Source: an uncultured virus (IMG/VR IMGVR_UViG_3300030095_004072)
Taxonomy: Duplodnaviria > Heunggongvirae > Uroviricota > Caudoviricetes > Crassvirales
Length of the DNA stretch: 64,000 nt
IMG/VR virus record: IMGVR_UViG_3300030095_004072
Direction: 5' to 3' (one strand)
Shown: in pieces, positions 21,514 through 31,425 of the stretch
Position numbering within the stretch: the stretch's first letter is position 1
How the letters are laid out: every line of letters starts with the position of its first letter
The notes under the pieces: model-generated
Seen by the model: only the letters and a program-made list of their open reading frames with translations
Told to the model about the DNA's origin: nothing
Database searches by the model: none
Position numbers and translations under genes: made by a program

Positions 21514-22434
21514 ATGAGTTATATTAGTGATTATAAATATTATGAAAACAATGGTGTTTCTCCAACTGATAAAAATTGGGGTTCATATCAATATGTAGGG
21601 TTAAACGATATAGTTTCTAATTTTATGTTAATGTATCAAGGTAATAATGAAATTATAAATAATGTAGAAAGATATCAAGTTTTGTTTCACGCAAAAAGAG
21701 GAATTCAAGAGTTGAATTACGATGCAATGAAACAAATAAAAATTCTACAAATGACTGTAGATTCAGACATAAGATTTGTTTTACCACCTGATTATGTAAA
21801 CTATGTCAGAATATCAAAATTTGCAAATGGTGTTTTATTTCCTTTAGTAGAAAATATACAAACAATGTTTGCTCAATCTTATTTACAAGACGCAAATGCA
21901 GAGGTAATATTTGATGCAGAAGGAAACGCTACAAGACCTGCAAATTCTCAAGTTGACTTAGACAGAATACAAGGAGGTATGTCTAAATTATATTTAGGTC
22001 CTGGTCCTTATCATGGACAAATGGGATATTGTTGTGATGGAGATTGGTATTTTACTTGGGGTGTAGGGGAAAGATTTGGTTTAAACACCGAAACAGCAAA
22101 CATTAATCCAACATTTACTATTGATAGACAATCGGGTGCTATTTATTTTAGTTCAGGAATGTCAGGGTCATCAGTGGTTATGGAATATGTTAGTGATGGA
22201 ATGAATAATGGTGATGACACAAGCATAAGTGTAAATAAATTATTTGAAGAATATCTATACGCATATATAAGATATTCTATCTTAAATAACAAGTTAGGTG
22301 TTCAAGAATATGTAGTAAACAGAGCAAGAAAAGATAAGTCTTCATTATTAAGAAACGCTAAGATAAGATTAAGTAATATTCAACCAGGCAGGTTGTTAAT
22401 GAATATGAGAGGAAAAGATAAATGGTTGAAATAA
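21514..22434 (+). CDS. Tail ring/adaptor-type structural protein
   Basis: FHAKRGIQELNYD, LPPDYVNYVRIS, MEYVSDG motifs; position in tail block. Confidence 0.6.
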   Translation: MSYISDYKYYENNGVSPTDKNWGSYQYVGLNDIVSNFMLMYQGNNEIINNVERYQVLFHAKRGIQELNYDAMKQIKILQMTVDSDIRFVLPPDYVNYVRISKFANGVLFPLVENIQTMFAQSYLQDANAEVIFDAEGNATRPANSQVDLDRIQGGMSKLYLGPGPYHGQMGYCCDGDWYFTWGVGERFGLNTETANINPTFTIDRQSGAIYFSSGMSGSSVVMEYVSDGMNNGDDTSISVNKLFEEYLYAYIRYSILNNKLGVQEYVVNRARKDKSSLLRNAKIRLSNIQPGRLLMNMRGKDKWLK

Positions 22435-22435
22435 T

Positions 22436-25400
22436 ATGGATATTAAAAGCACTTTTATAAGGGGTAAAATGAATAAAAGCGTTGATGAACGCTTAGTTCC
22501 TCCAGGAGAATATGTAAACGCAATAAATGTTAGGTTAGGTTCTACAGAAATTTCAGAAATTGGAGCTGTAGAAAACTCAAAAGGTAATACTAATTTAACA
22601 ATTGAATTACCAGCAGGAAAAACAGAATTATCTACTTCAGCAGTGTGTATTGGTTCTTATACAGATAATACTGAAAACACCATATATTGGTTTGTTCACG
22701 ATAACGCATTTCAAAATGGAACTCTAATTGCAGATGTTATATTTTCTTATAATACTGATGATAATATTTTAACTCAACATTTTACTGCCGCAGGAGTAGG
22801 AACTACAATTTTAAATTTTAACCCTACATATTTAATTACTGGTGTAAGTAAAATAGAGGATTTGTTATTTTTTACAGATAATTATAACCCACCAAGATAC
22901 CTTAATGTTACAAGAAATTACAACGCATCTTCAAGCGATTTATTAAATGTAATTGTAAAACCACCTGGCTTTGTTATTAATGAACTTGCCGCACCACAAA
23001 TATCTTTATTTAATTCTACTTCAAAAGAAGAAAATTATTTAACTGATAAATTTTTGTCTTTTGCTTATAGATATAGATATGAAGACAATCAATATAGTGC
23101 TACTTCATTATTTACTACTGCTGCATTTGAGCCTAAAAATTTTGAATTAGATTATGCTTCAAGAGAAAATTTGGGTATGGAAAATCAATTTAATTCAGTA
23201 AGCATAAAGGTTAATACTGGTTCAAGTAGGGTAATTGGATTTGATATATTATACAAAGAGTCTAATAGTAATATAATTTATATTCTTGAAAAAATAAATA
23301 AAGAAGCACAAGGAATTGGTAACGATACATTTTTTACGCAAGCATTATCATCACGTAAAATATATAGTACATTAGGTTCTGATGAATTATTAAGACAGTA
23401 TGATAATGTTCCTTTAATTGCACAAGCACAAGTAATACAAGGAAATAGACTAATGTATGGTAATTACGAAGATGGTAGGGATATTACATTATCAACGGGT
23501 GAACCTATAGATATTTTATTTACACCAAGTATAAATTCAAAAATTATAGAGGCTAACACTTTAAACCCACCTGTTCAAGAGAGTAATTCAACAACATTTA
23601 CATGGACTTTAAATACACAAAGTAATTTTACTGCAACAGCTTCAGGATTTAGTGTTGATTTTACTGATCCATCAACAAGTAGTTTACCAGCTGAATGGGC
23701 TACAGGGATTCCTGCAAATACAGTTTTTAATATGAGTGTAGCAGTAAGAGCTATAGCTTCTACACCTCTTAATCCAAATAATGCTTTACCACCAGATTTT
23801 CCTGCAGGATATTTACCTTTTAATGGGGCTGTTATTACAATACCCTTACAATGGATTACTACTGAAACTTACGCAAGTGTAGAAGATATGTGTAATAGTG
23901 ATGAGTTTAGAAATGCTATTGGTACTGATGCTAATGTACAACCAACAGGTTCATCACAAAACGGTTCAACCCTAACAGACAGGTTTAATACGCTTGTTCA
24001 GAATGCACAACCATCTGTTGCACTTGGGTATCAAGATTATAATTTTAAGAGATCTTCAATTAATAATCCTAATGCTAATCAAGGTTTTGCACTACAAACA
24101 GGACCAACAGGGTTTTTACTACACACTACAGCTGTAAGGTTTTTAGTTCAAAACCCTTTAAGTAATACACAGGTTTTTAGTTATTTTAGATTAGTTGCCT
24201 CTCAATCTTCTCTTACTTTTGGTTCTGTAACGTCATCATCAAGCTTACATTCTAATAGAGACTATGATGCGGCTATAGTTTATATGGATGAGTATGGAAG
24301 AGCTACTCCTGCTTTATCAACAATTAACAGTTCGGTTCATGTACCTGCATCTTTAAGTGATAAAAAAAATACTTTAAGTGTACAAATAGCTAACCCTCCG
24401 CCCCCTTGGGCTACTAAATATAAATTTGTATTAAAGCCTTCAGCTACAGAATATAATACTTTATATGTTACAAGGTACTACAAAGATCGTGTAAAACCAG
24501 ATATTATATGGTTTAAGTTAGAAGGAGACCAAAAGAATATAGTTACAGAAGGAATGAAGTTAATTGTTAAAGCGGATAATTCAGGTGCAATAGATAATTT
24601 ATTAGCAGAAACTGTTTTAGAAGTTAAGTCTTATGCAGCAGGTGAGTTAGGTCCTTCATCTGCAACTCCATCGTTAGCTGGATTATACTTTAGTGTTCAA
24701 GGAAATTTAGATGTAGGTTCTATAGGGACTACAGCTTCTTTTATGTATAATAAAAGAGCAGCAAAAGACGACAATACGGAAGAGTGTGATACGCAAGTAA
24801 TAGCAAGAACTGTAACTTTTCCAACTATTGATATTGATGGTGGACTATCTTCTACATGGCAAAACTATAGTATTCCTGCTGGTACACAGATTAAAATAGA
24901 GATGAAAATAAGAAGAAAAGCTCGTACATCAGGTGTTCAGACAGTTGATTGGAGATGGAATCAAAAATATATTTCTCCTCAAGAATATCAATCATTTAAA
25001 GAGTGGTGGGACGGAGAAGATATAGGTAATTTAATTGGAGGAACTTCTAATACTGGTTTAATAAAACCTGTGGGGTCTTATGCAGCAACACCTCTTTCAT
25101 TCGGTCAAACTGTTGAAGCTAACGCTCCTTACGATGGATGTAATACTTATACTATCGGATTTCAAGAAGTTGTAAGTATTGGTTCAGGGTTGTATTGGCT
25201 TTATTTATCACATGGTTGTCCAGTGCAAGGACCATGGTATGATCCCAGTCCAACTGTTTGTGAGATAAGAGTTAAAGTAAACCGAGAAAATGATTTAGTA
25301 ATATTTGAAACTGAACCAAGTTTAGCTGACGCTAATTTATTTTATGATTCTTCTGAGTCATATGACACTATACTTGACGCAAGTAATAATTTAGTGCATT

Positions 25401-27301
25401 CAGGAAATGTGCAAGATCAAGACTTACAAACTCAATCACCAGCCATAGTAGATTTACCTTTTTTTAATTGTTATGCATTTGGTAATGGTGTAGAAAGTAT
25501 GAAAATTTTAGATTTACCTGCAGAGGTGTCGCTTAATTTAGGAGAAAGAACTACTGCTGTTGCAAATGAAAATATTAAAAGAGCTAAAAGATTTGCAAGT
25601 ATAACTTACAGCGGGATATATCAAGGTCAAACTAATTTAAACAATACAAATGAGTTTAATTTAGGATTAGTAAATTATAAAGATTATGAAAATTCATTTG
25701 GAAGTATAATGAAAATGCATGATAGAGAAACTGATATATTAGTATTACAAGAAGATAGAATATCATATGTTTTAGCATCTAAAAATTTAATTTCTGATTC
25801 TACAGGGGGTGGTGCAATAGCGTCAGTACCTGAGGTTTTAGGAACACAAATAGCAAGAATAGAAGAATTTGGAATAAGTAGAAACCCTGAGAGTTTTGCT
25901 GTTTATGGTAAGGATATGTTTTTTGCTGATGCTAAAAGAAATGCAATAATAAAACTTTCAGGCGGTAGTTTTAAAAGTGATTCTTTAGAGGTAGTTTCTG
26001 AGTATGGTATGAGGTCTTATTTTAGAGATAGTTTTATAGACAATTTAAACACGCAAAAATTAGGTGGATATGACCCTTACATGGGGGAGTATGTTTTTTC
26101 TAATACCACTATAGAGTTACCATCAACAGAAAAATTAATTCCTTGTGGGACAGAGGTTACTAAAAATAATACCACTAAAACATTTACTTATACATATGAT
26201 TTAGGTGCTTTGGTTAGTACAGTTGATGTTGAAATTGATATATTAAACACATCAAGTGATGTAACTTTAACAGCAGAATGGAATGGCACGTCAGTAATAG
26301 ACGCAACTACTGATCCGACTTCGGCAAATATTATTGCTACTCCAACTACACCTTTTACATTTAATAAAACTTTACACTATCCTACATTATTAAAAGTTAC
26401 AATAGTAGCTAACACCTCTTCTTCATATGAGTTATTAGTAAAATGTCCAACAACAGTCGTGTCAAAGGTAACACTATTAGTGTTGTCTACGAATTTAAAT
26501 ACTAACAAGACTTTACACGTAGGGTATCAATATAGAGACCTAACACCTTCACCACCATTTAACAGTCCTGTTGATCAACAAGCCATCACCCTTTCATCAG
26601 TATCTGTTAGTGAAGGCTTAGGTTATATAGACTCTAAAATAGGAATACAATCAACAGCAGCGATTCCTTATGATGGCACAAGAAGCGTGGTTACAATAGA
26701 TAAAATACAAGGTGATGATTACGATTTTAATATTTTAGAAAATAGAATTTATGTTTTTGAAGATACCACGCCAGGAGGGGTAACTAATCAATCAGAATTT
26801 ATTACTGAAGGAGGGGTTCAGATATTACAAGGTAAAACAGACTTAACTATTACTAATCCTATTGCTAATTCGTTCCGAGCTCAAACACCAACTGATTTAG
26901 CTTCTTATGCTGCAAATGATAATTTATTAGTAATTGTAGATTTAAGAGATTTTACTGAGGCAGAAACTTATGTGGGTATTGTTGGTTTTCCAACAAACTG
27001 TAGTTTGTATAGTAATCAAGTTTCACAAACTGTCTTTGAAGCTAATTCTGACCCTATGCCATCTCAATTTCAAGCTTGTAACTTAGATTTAAACGCTTTA
27101 CCTTCAGGGCAAACTAAACAAGATTTTGCCCATAGAGGAGTAGGATCAGGAACAACACCAAGAGTAGGCGACCCATGTCAAGTAAGTAGTGGGTCAAATG
27201 TAAAAATGTCACCTGGGTGGTATAAAATAAGCGGTAACAGGGTAATACAAATAGGAGCTGGAACACAAAGAGGAATAGTAATTAATAAAATAAATTGTTA
27301 A
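22436..27301 (+). CDS. Tail nozzle/stabilisation-type protein (1621 aa)
   Basis: F..GKMNKSVDERLVP.GEY..A.N start; LLFFTDNYNPPR; GNRLMYGNY; FGISRNPESFA; beta-rich. Confidence 0.7.
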   Translation: MDIKSTFIRGKMNKSVDERLVPPGEYVNAINVRLGSTEISEIGAVENSKGNTNLTIELPAGKTELSTSAVCIGSYTDNTENTIYWFVHDNAFQNGTLIADVIFSYNTDDNILTQHFTAAGVGTTILNFNPTYLITGVSKIEDLLFFTDNYNPPRYLNVTRNYNASSSDLLNVIVKPPGFVINELAAPQISLFNSTSKEENYLTDKFLSFAYRYRYEDNQYSATSLFTTAAFEPKNFELDYASRENLGMENQFNSVSIKVNTGSSRVIGFDILYKESNSNIIYILEKINKEAQGIGNDTFFTQALSSRKIYSTLGSDELLRQYDNVPLIAQAQVIQGNRLMYGNYEDGRDITLSTGEPIDILFTPSINSKIIEANTLNPPVQESNSTTFTWTLNTQSNFTATASGFSVDFTDPSTSSLPAEWATGIPANTVFNMSVAVRAIASTPLNPNNALPPDFPAGYLPFNGAVITIPLQWITTETYASVEDMCNSDEFRNAIGTDANVQPTGSSQNGSTLTDRFNTLVQNAQPSVALGYQDYNFKRSSINNPNANQGFALQTGPTGFLLHTTAVRFLVQNPLSNTQVFSYFRLVASQSSLTFGSVTSSSSLHSNRDYDAAIVYMDEYGRATPALSTINSSVHVPASLSDKKNTLSVQIANPPPPWATKYKFVLKPSATEYNTLYVTRYYKDRVKPDIIWFKLEGDQKNIVTEGMKLIVKADNSGAIDNLLAETVLEVKSYAAGELGPSSATPSLAGLYFSVQGNLDVGSIGTTASFMYNKRAAKDDNTEECDTQVIARTVTFPTIDIDGGLSSTWQNYSIPAGTQIKIEMKIRRKARTSGVQTVDWRWNQKYISPQEYQSFKEWWDGEDIGNLIGGTSNTGLIKPVGSYAATPLSFGQTVEANAPYDGCNTYTIGFQEVVSIGSGLYWLYLSHGCPVQGPWYDPSPTVCEIRVKVNRENDLVIFETEPSLADANLFYDSSESYDTILDASNNLVHSGNVQDQDLQTQSPAIVDLPFFNCYAFGNGVESMKILDLPAEVSLNLGERTTAVANENIKRAKRFASITYSGIYQGQTNLNNTNEFNLGLVNYKDYENSFGSIMKMHDRETDILVLQEDRISYVLASKNLISDSTGGGAIASVPEVLGTQIARIEEFGISRNPESFAVYGKDMFFADAKRNAIIKLSGGSFKSDSLEVVSEYGMRSYFRDSFIDNLNTQKLGGYDPYMGEYVFSNTTIELPSTEKLIPCGTEVTKNNTTKTFTYTYDLGALVSTVDVEIDILNTSSDVTLTAEWNGTSVIDATTDPTSANIIATPTTPFTFNKTLHYPTLLKVTIVANTSSSYELLVKCPTTVVSKVTLLVLSTNLNTNKTLHVGYQYRDLTPSPPFNSPVDQQAITLSSVSVSEGLGYIDSKIGIQSTAAIPYDGTRSVVTIDKIQGDDYDFNILENRIYVFEDTTPGGVTNQSEFITEGGVQILQGKTDLTITNPIANSFRAQTPTDLASYAANDNLLVIVDLRDFTEAETYVGIVGFPTNCSLYSNQVSQTVFEANSDPMPSQFQACNLDLNALPSGQTKQDFAHRGVGSGTTPRVGDPCQVSSGSNVKMSPGWYKISGNRVIQIGAGTQRGIVINKINC

Positions 27302-27302
27302 G

Positions 27303-27494
27303 ATGCCAGTAGTAAATTTATATTTTGATGGAATTAGTTGGTGTGATGCGGTAGGGGTGTTTTCAGATTCAAGTCTTACCACTTATTATGACCCTGGTGT
27401 TCCTGCGGGTCAAGCTGTAGAAATAATTTTTAATGGATACAAAAGAAGTTGGATTTTTTCAACAAAAACTCTTGGTCCGTGTGTTAGTTGTTAA
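27303..27494 (+). CDS. Small Cys-containing hypothetical tail-module protein
   Basis: 63-aa ORF packed between tail genes. Confidence 0.55.
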   Translation: MPVVNLYFDGISWCDAVGVFSDSSLTTYYDPGVPAGQAVEIIFNGYKRSWIFSTKTLGPCVSC

Positions 27495-27504
27495 ATAATA
27501 AAAT

Positions 27505-28275
27505 ATGTCAAAATCAGAAACATTATCATATAGTGAAGGCGTAAAGGGATGGCCGTCTTTTTATTCTTTTTTACCTGAATACATGATAGGTATGAATTCT
27601 TATTTTTATTCTTTTAAGCAAGGTAGGCTTTATAGGCATAATACTAATGAATTAAGAAATACTTATTACGGAATATTTACCCCGTCTGAAATAACGGGAG
27701 TTTTTAACGCAGAACCAACTACTATAAAATTATTTAAAACTATATCTTTAGAGAGTAGTGCTGCATGGGAATGCACTAATTTAGCTACGGACTTAGGGAT
27801 AGGTATAATAGAATCTTCTTTCTTTGAGCAAAAAGAAGGTGAATGGTTTAGTTATATTAGAACTCCATTAAACACAGAAAATTTTAAACTAAGATCAACA
27901 CATGGAATAGGAACTATTGATGGAGCTAACTTTACCCTATCTACAACTCCTGGTGAGTGGGAATTATTATTTCCTTCAAGTCTTAAAATAGACAATATGA
28001 TTAGTGGTGGAGATTCAGTATATGTAAAAAGCACACCTAATGATGTAAAAATAGGAGAGGTAGTAAAAATAGATAAAGCAACTAATACTTTGACAATAAC
28101 AAATCCAGGGGCTGTTACTCTTGTAGGTAATAATTTTTGGTTTTATTATAAAAACCCACAAGCAGAGTCTAATGGAGTTAGAGGTTACTTTATGGAATTT
28201 ACGTTGCAAAACTCATCTAATAGTCCTGTAGAAATGTTTTCTTTAGGAAGTAGCGTGATGAAAAGTTATCCATAG
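27505..28275 (+). CDS. Tail protein resembling a separated C-terminal part of the nozzle protein
   Basis: TLSYSE..KGWPSFYSF.PE, KLFKTISLES, FEQKEGEWF, GVRGYFM motifs. Confidence 0.55.
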   Translation: MSKSETLSYSEGVKGWPSFYSFLPEYMIGMNSYFYSFKQGRLYRHNTNELRNTYYGIFTPSEITGVFNAEPTTIKLFKTISLESSAAWECTNLATDLGIGIIESSFFEQKEGEWFSYIRTPLNTENFKLRSTHGIGTIDGANFTLSTTPGEWELLFPSSLKIDNMISGGDSVYVKSTPNDVKIGEVVKIDKATNTLTITNPGAVTLVGNNFWFYYKNPQAESNGVRGYFMEFTLQNSSNSPVEMFSLGSSVMKSYP

Positions 28276-28282
28276 ATTTTAT

Positions 28283-28290
28283 TATCTTTG
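28283..28290 (+). promoter_or_regulatory. -7 box TATCTTTG, 5 nt before ATG (probably leaderless)
   Basis: Matches TAnnTTTG; ATG at 28296. Confidence 0.6.
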
Positions 28291-28295
28291 TAAGA

Positions 28296-28697
28296 ATGAG
28301 TTTAAATATAAAACCACTTACAAGTGATGATTATGAGAATGTGTTGTGCAAGTGGTGGAAAGATTGGAGATGGACACCTCCTGCAAAAGATTTTTTACCC
28401 GATACAGGGTATATGGTTTATTATAATGACGAACCAATATGTGCGGGTTATGTTTATATGACAAACTCTGACGTAGTGTTATTAGAATGGATTATATCTA
28501 ATTTTAAATTTAAAAATAAAGAAATTAGAAAAGAAGCTTTATTGATGTTAATAGAAACAATAACATCTTTAGCAACAGGATTGGGGAAAAAATATATATA
28601 TTCACTTTTAAAAAGTAAACCATTAATTACTCTTTACAAGGAGTTAGGTTATTTAGAGGGTGAATCAAACGCAACAGAAATGATAAAAAAATTATAA
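28296..28697 (+). CDS. GNAT-fold-like protein preceding ejection genes
   Basis: PICAGYVY...LEWIISN...LITLYKELGY pattern; position analogous to T7 gp13. Confidence 0.5.
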   Translation: MSLNIKPLTSDDYENVLCKWWKDWRWTPPAKDFLPDTGYMVYYNDEPICAGYVYMTNSDVVLLEWIISNFKFKNKEIRKEALLMLIETITSLATGLGKKYIYSLLKSKPLITLYKELGYLEGESNATEMIKKL

Positions 28698-28698
28698 T

Positions 28699-29691
28699 AT
28701 GGGTGCAGTAACAACAGCAGTTATAGGTTTAGCAGGTGCGGGGCTTAGCTTTGCACAAGCTCGTAAATTAGCAAATGATAATAAACAAGCTAATAGAGAT
28801 GCTGCAAATCAAATGGCTGAATTAAAAAGAAAAGCTAATGTTAATGTTATGGATGAATTAAATATTAGTAATGATTTATACAAACAAGAATTAGAAAATA
28901 ATTTACAAGTTAGTGCTGATTTAATAAATGCAGCCAGAGAAGGTGGTGGAAGAGAAGTAGCTGCTTCTGCAGGAAGAATTGGAGCTATGCAAACTGACCG
29001 AGCTGAAAAAGCAAGGTTAAGTCAACAACAAGAATTAAGTGCTTTAGAGGCAATACAAACGCAAGAACAATCCGATATTAATCAACAACTGTTAGCAATA
29101 GACGCAGCTGCAATACAAGATAAAACAGCAAGAAATGCTCAATCAAAAGCAGCACAAGCACAGCAAATACAGTCAGGTATTTCTGCTTTGGGTAGTGCCT
29201 TAACTTCTATTTCTGCAAACTCTGATTTAAACAGTTTAAGCAAGGAAGATAGAGCTTTAAAAAAATTATATAAAGACAATAAATTAACTTTAGACGCACA
29301 AGGAATAACTGAAATAGACTTTTATAAAAATCCAAAACTATTAGAAAATCTAAACGCTCAAGCTGCAGGAATTGAAAAATTTGGGTCTTTATCAGCGTTT
29401 GCAGCGGCACAAGAAAACAATGCTGATCCTATGAATGCAATTGTAGGTACGTCTGAGAAAGTATATGATAGTTTTGCTGACACACCTGAAGCTTTTACAC
29501 AAAATGTTTTAAATAATACCACTGCACAAAGCAACGTAAATGAGCTTGGTATGTTTCAGCCAAATTATAGTTTGTTTGATGCCGCACCACCTTTTGTAAA
29601 TGATACAAGAATTAATATGCCAAACAGAGCTGGCTTTAATTTAAACCCACAGTCTATATTTGAAAAGTATGGACTTACACTAAATCGCTAA
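28699..29691 (+). CDS. Internal virion (ejection) protein
   Basis: Gly/Ala hydrophobic N-terminus, then Ala/Gln coiled coil. Confidence 0.6.
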   Translation: MGAVTTAVIGLAGAGLSFAQARKLANDNKQANRDAANQMAELKRKANVNVMDELNISNDLYKQELENNLQVSADLINAAREGGGREVAASAGRIGAMQTDRAEKARLSQQQELSALEAIQTQEQSDINQQLLAIDAAAIQDKTARNAQSKAAQAQQIQSGISALGSALTSISANSDLNSLSKEDRALKKLYKDNKLTLDAQGITEIDFYKNPKLLENLNAQAAGIEKFGSLSAFAAAQENNADPMNAIVGTSEKVYDSFADTPEAFTQNVLNNTTAQSNVNELGMFQPNYSLFDAAPPFVNDTRINMPNRAGFNLNPQSIFEKYGLTLNR

Positions 29692-29694
29692 CCT

Positions 29695-31422
29695 ATGGCT
29701 AAACAAAATATAAATTTTAACACCTTTGTACCTGAAGATTTAACTAAATCATCTATTGATTGGGGTGCGGTAGCTACAGGGTTAACATCTCAATTAACAG
29801 CTATAAAAAAAGAGAAAGAGGCTCGTAAAGATAAAATAGAAGACGACACATATAAGAAAAACAGAGAGCTTAGAGATTTAGAACAATACGATAGTCCTTC
29901 TTTAAATCAATTAGTTATTAGTGCTTCAGGTTCTGCACAAAACTTTTTAAAAACACAAAATGATTTATTTAAAAGAGGATTGATTAGTGAAACAGATTAC
30001 ACAAAAGCAATGGATAGGATATCAGGAAACTTTACTGACTTTTCTAAGGCTGCAAAAAATTATGACGTATCTTATAAGGCTTATCAAGATAGAATAGCTG
30101 CTGATCCGTCAAAAGGATTTTTAGGCTCATCATCTATAGAACAAGACTTTGCTGAAGGAGCTTTAGCTTTTGGTAATTTAAAAGGGTTAGTAGAATATGT
30201 AAACCCTACTACGGGAGAGATATCATTAGTAAGGCCAAATGAAGATGGCTCAATACCTAAAGACCCTTCTAAGCATATGCCCTTCTCTGGTATGAATAAT
30301 AGAATGAATTTTAGGTTAGACAAGTTTGATGTTTTAGGAAGAACAAAAACTATTGTTGATTCTTTAGGAACAACAATAAGTAAAACAGGAACTTTAGATG
30401 ATGCAACTATATTTACTGAAACAGCAACTGCAAATAAAGATAAATATATAAGTGGGTTTATGGCAAAAGATTTAGATGTTGCCAGTGTATTAACTGATTC
30501 AATGGGTGATTTTTACACTACTACAGATACTAATGATACTGACCCAAATGCAATTCATATTAACTATTCTGATAACAATCAACCTACCATAATTGATGAC
30601 GCTCCAAACTGGGCAACCCAAAAAGAAAAAGCTAAAGAATATATGGGTCAAGTTTTTGATGATCAAATAGATAACAAACAAAAGGCTATTAGAACAAAAT
30701 TTGAAAATAAAGGTTCTACTACACGAGAAAATCAACTTAAAGACCAAAAATATAAAGAGATAAAAGTAGATATGCCTGATTATACTAAAGAAAGACAAAT
30801 TGGTCCTAACAATGATACAGCTACAGGGTCAGAATATGTAAAAGAAAAATTAAAAGAAGAAATAGGTGTTGGTGATTCTGATAAACAGATATTAGAAACT
30901 TATACTTCAGTTACAGAAGCATACATTGACCCAAGAATACAGAGATATTATAATAATAAAGGTCAAGGTTTAAAAACTACTTATGTAGATGATTCAAGAA
31001 TTATGCCACTTACGATTGGTGATTTACCTGAAGAACACCCTGATAGAGTAGAGTATGCTGATGAACTTGACAAAAAAATATATGTAGTAATGCACCAACC
31101 AACTACAGTAAGCCCTGGTACTACACCAACAATGGAGGAGCTTATAAATCCTTATGGAACACTTTTAGAAACAGAAGTGTTTTACAGTGAAAGGACAGCT
31201 ACAAATGACAGTGAGTATATAATAGATCAAAACGATAGAGATGCTGAATATATGCTTGTTGATTTTGCGGGAAGAAATTTAAAAATAGACAATATAAGAA
31301 CTAAACGAAGTCAACCTGTTTGGAAACAAATACAAGAAAACATAATTAATCCTGCTGTAGAACCATATAATGATGCGGAGTATTCAAGAATTTATAGTGA
31401 CAACTCAATGGGTAATTTTTAA
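29695..31422 (+). CDS. Internal virion (ejection) protein
   Basis: IDWGAVATGL start, helical; between small and giant ejection genes. Confidence 0.55.
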   Translation: MAKQNINFNTFVPEDLTKSSIDWGAVATGLTSQLTAIKKEKEARKDKIEDDTYKKNRELRDLEQYDSPSLNQLVISASGSAQNFLKTQNDLFKRGLISETDYTKAMDRISGNFTDFSKAAKNYDVSYKAYQDRIAADPSKGFLGSSSIEQDFAEGALAFGNLKGLVEYVNPTTGEISLVRPNEDGSIPKDPSKHMPFSGMNNRMNFRLDKFDVLGRTKTIVDSLGTTISKTGTLDDATIFTETATANKDKYISGFMAKDLDVASVLTDSMGDFYTTTDTNDTDPNAIHINYSDNNQPTIIDDAPNWATQKEKAKEYMGQVFDDQIDNKQKAIRTKFENKGSTTRENQLKDQKYKEIKVDMPDYTKERQIGPNNDTATGSEYVKEKLKEEIGVGDSDKQILETYTSVTEAYIDPRIQRYYNNKGQGLKTTYVDDSRIMPLTIGDLPEEHPDRVEYADELDKKIYVVMHQPTTVSPGTTPTMEELINPYGTLLETEVFYSERTATNDSEYIIDQNDRDAEYMLVDFAGRNLKIDNIRTKRSQPVWKQIQENIINPAVEPYNDAEYSRIYSDNSMGNF

Positions 31423-31425
31423 CAT

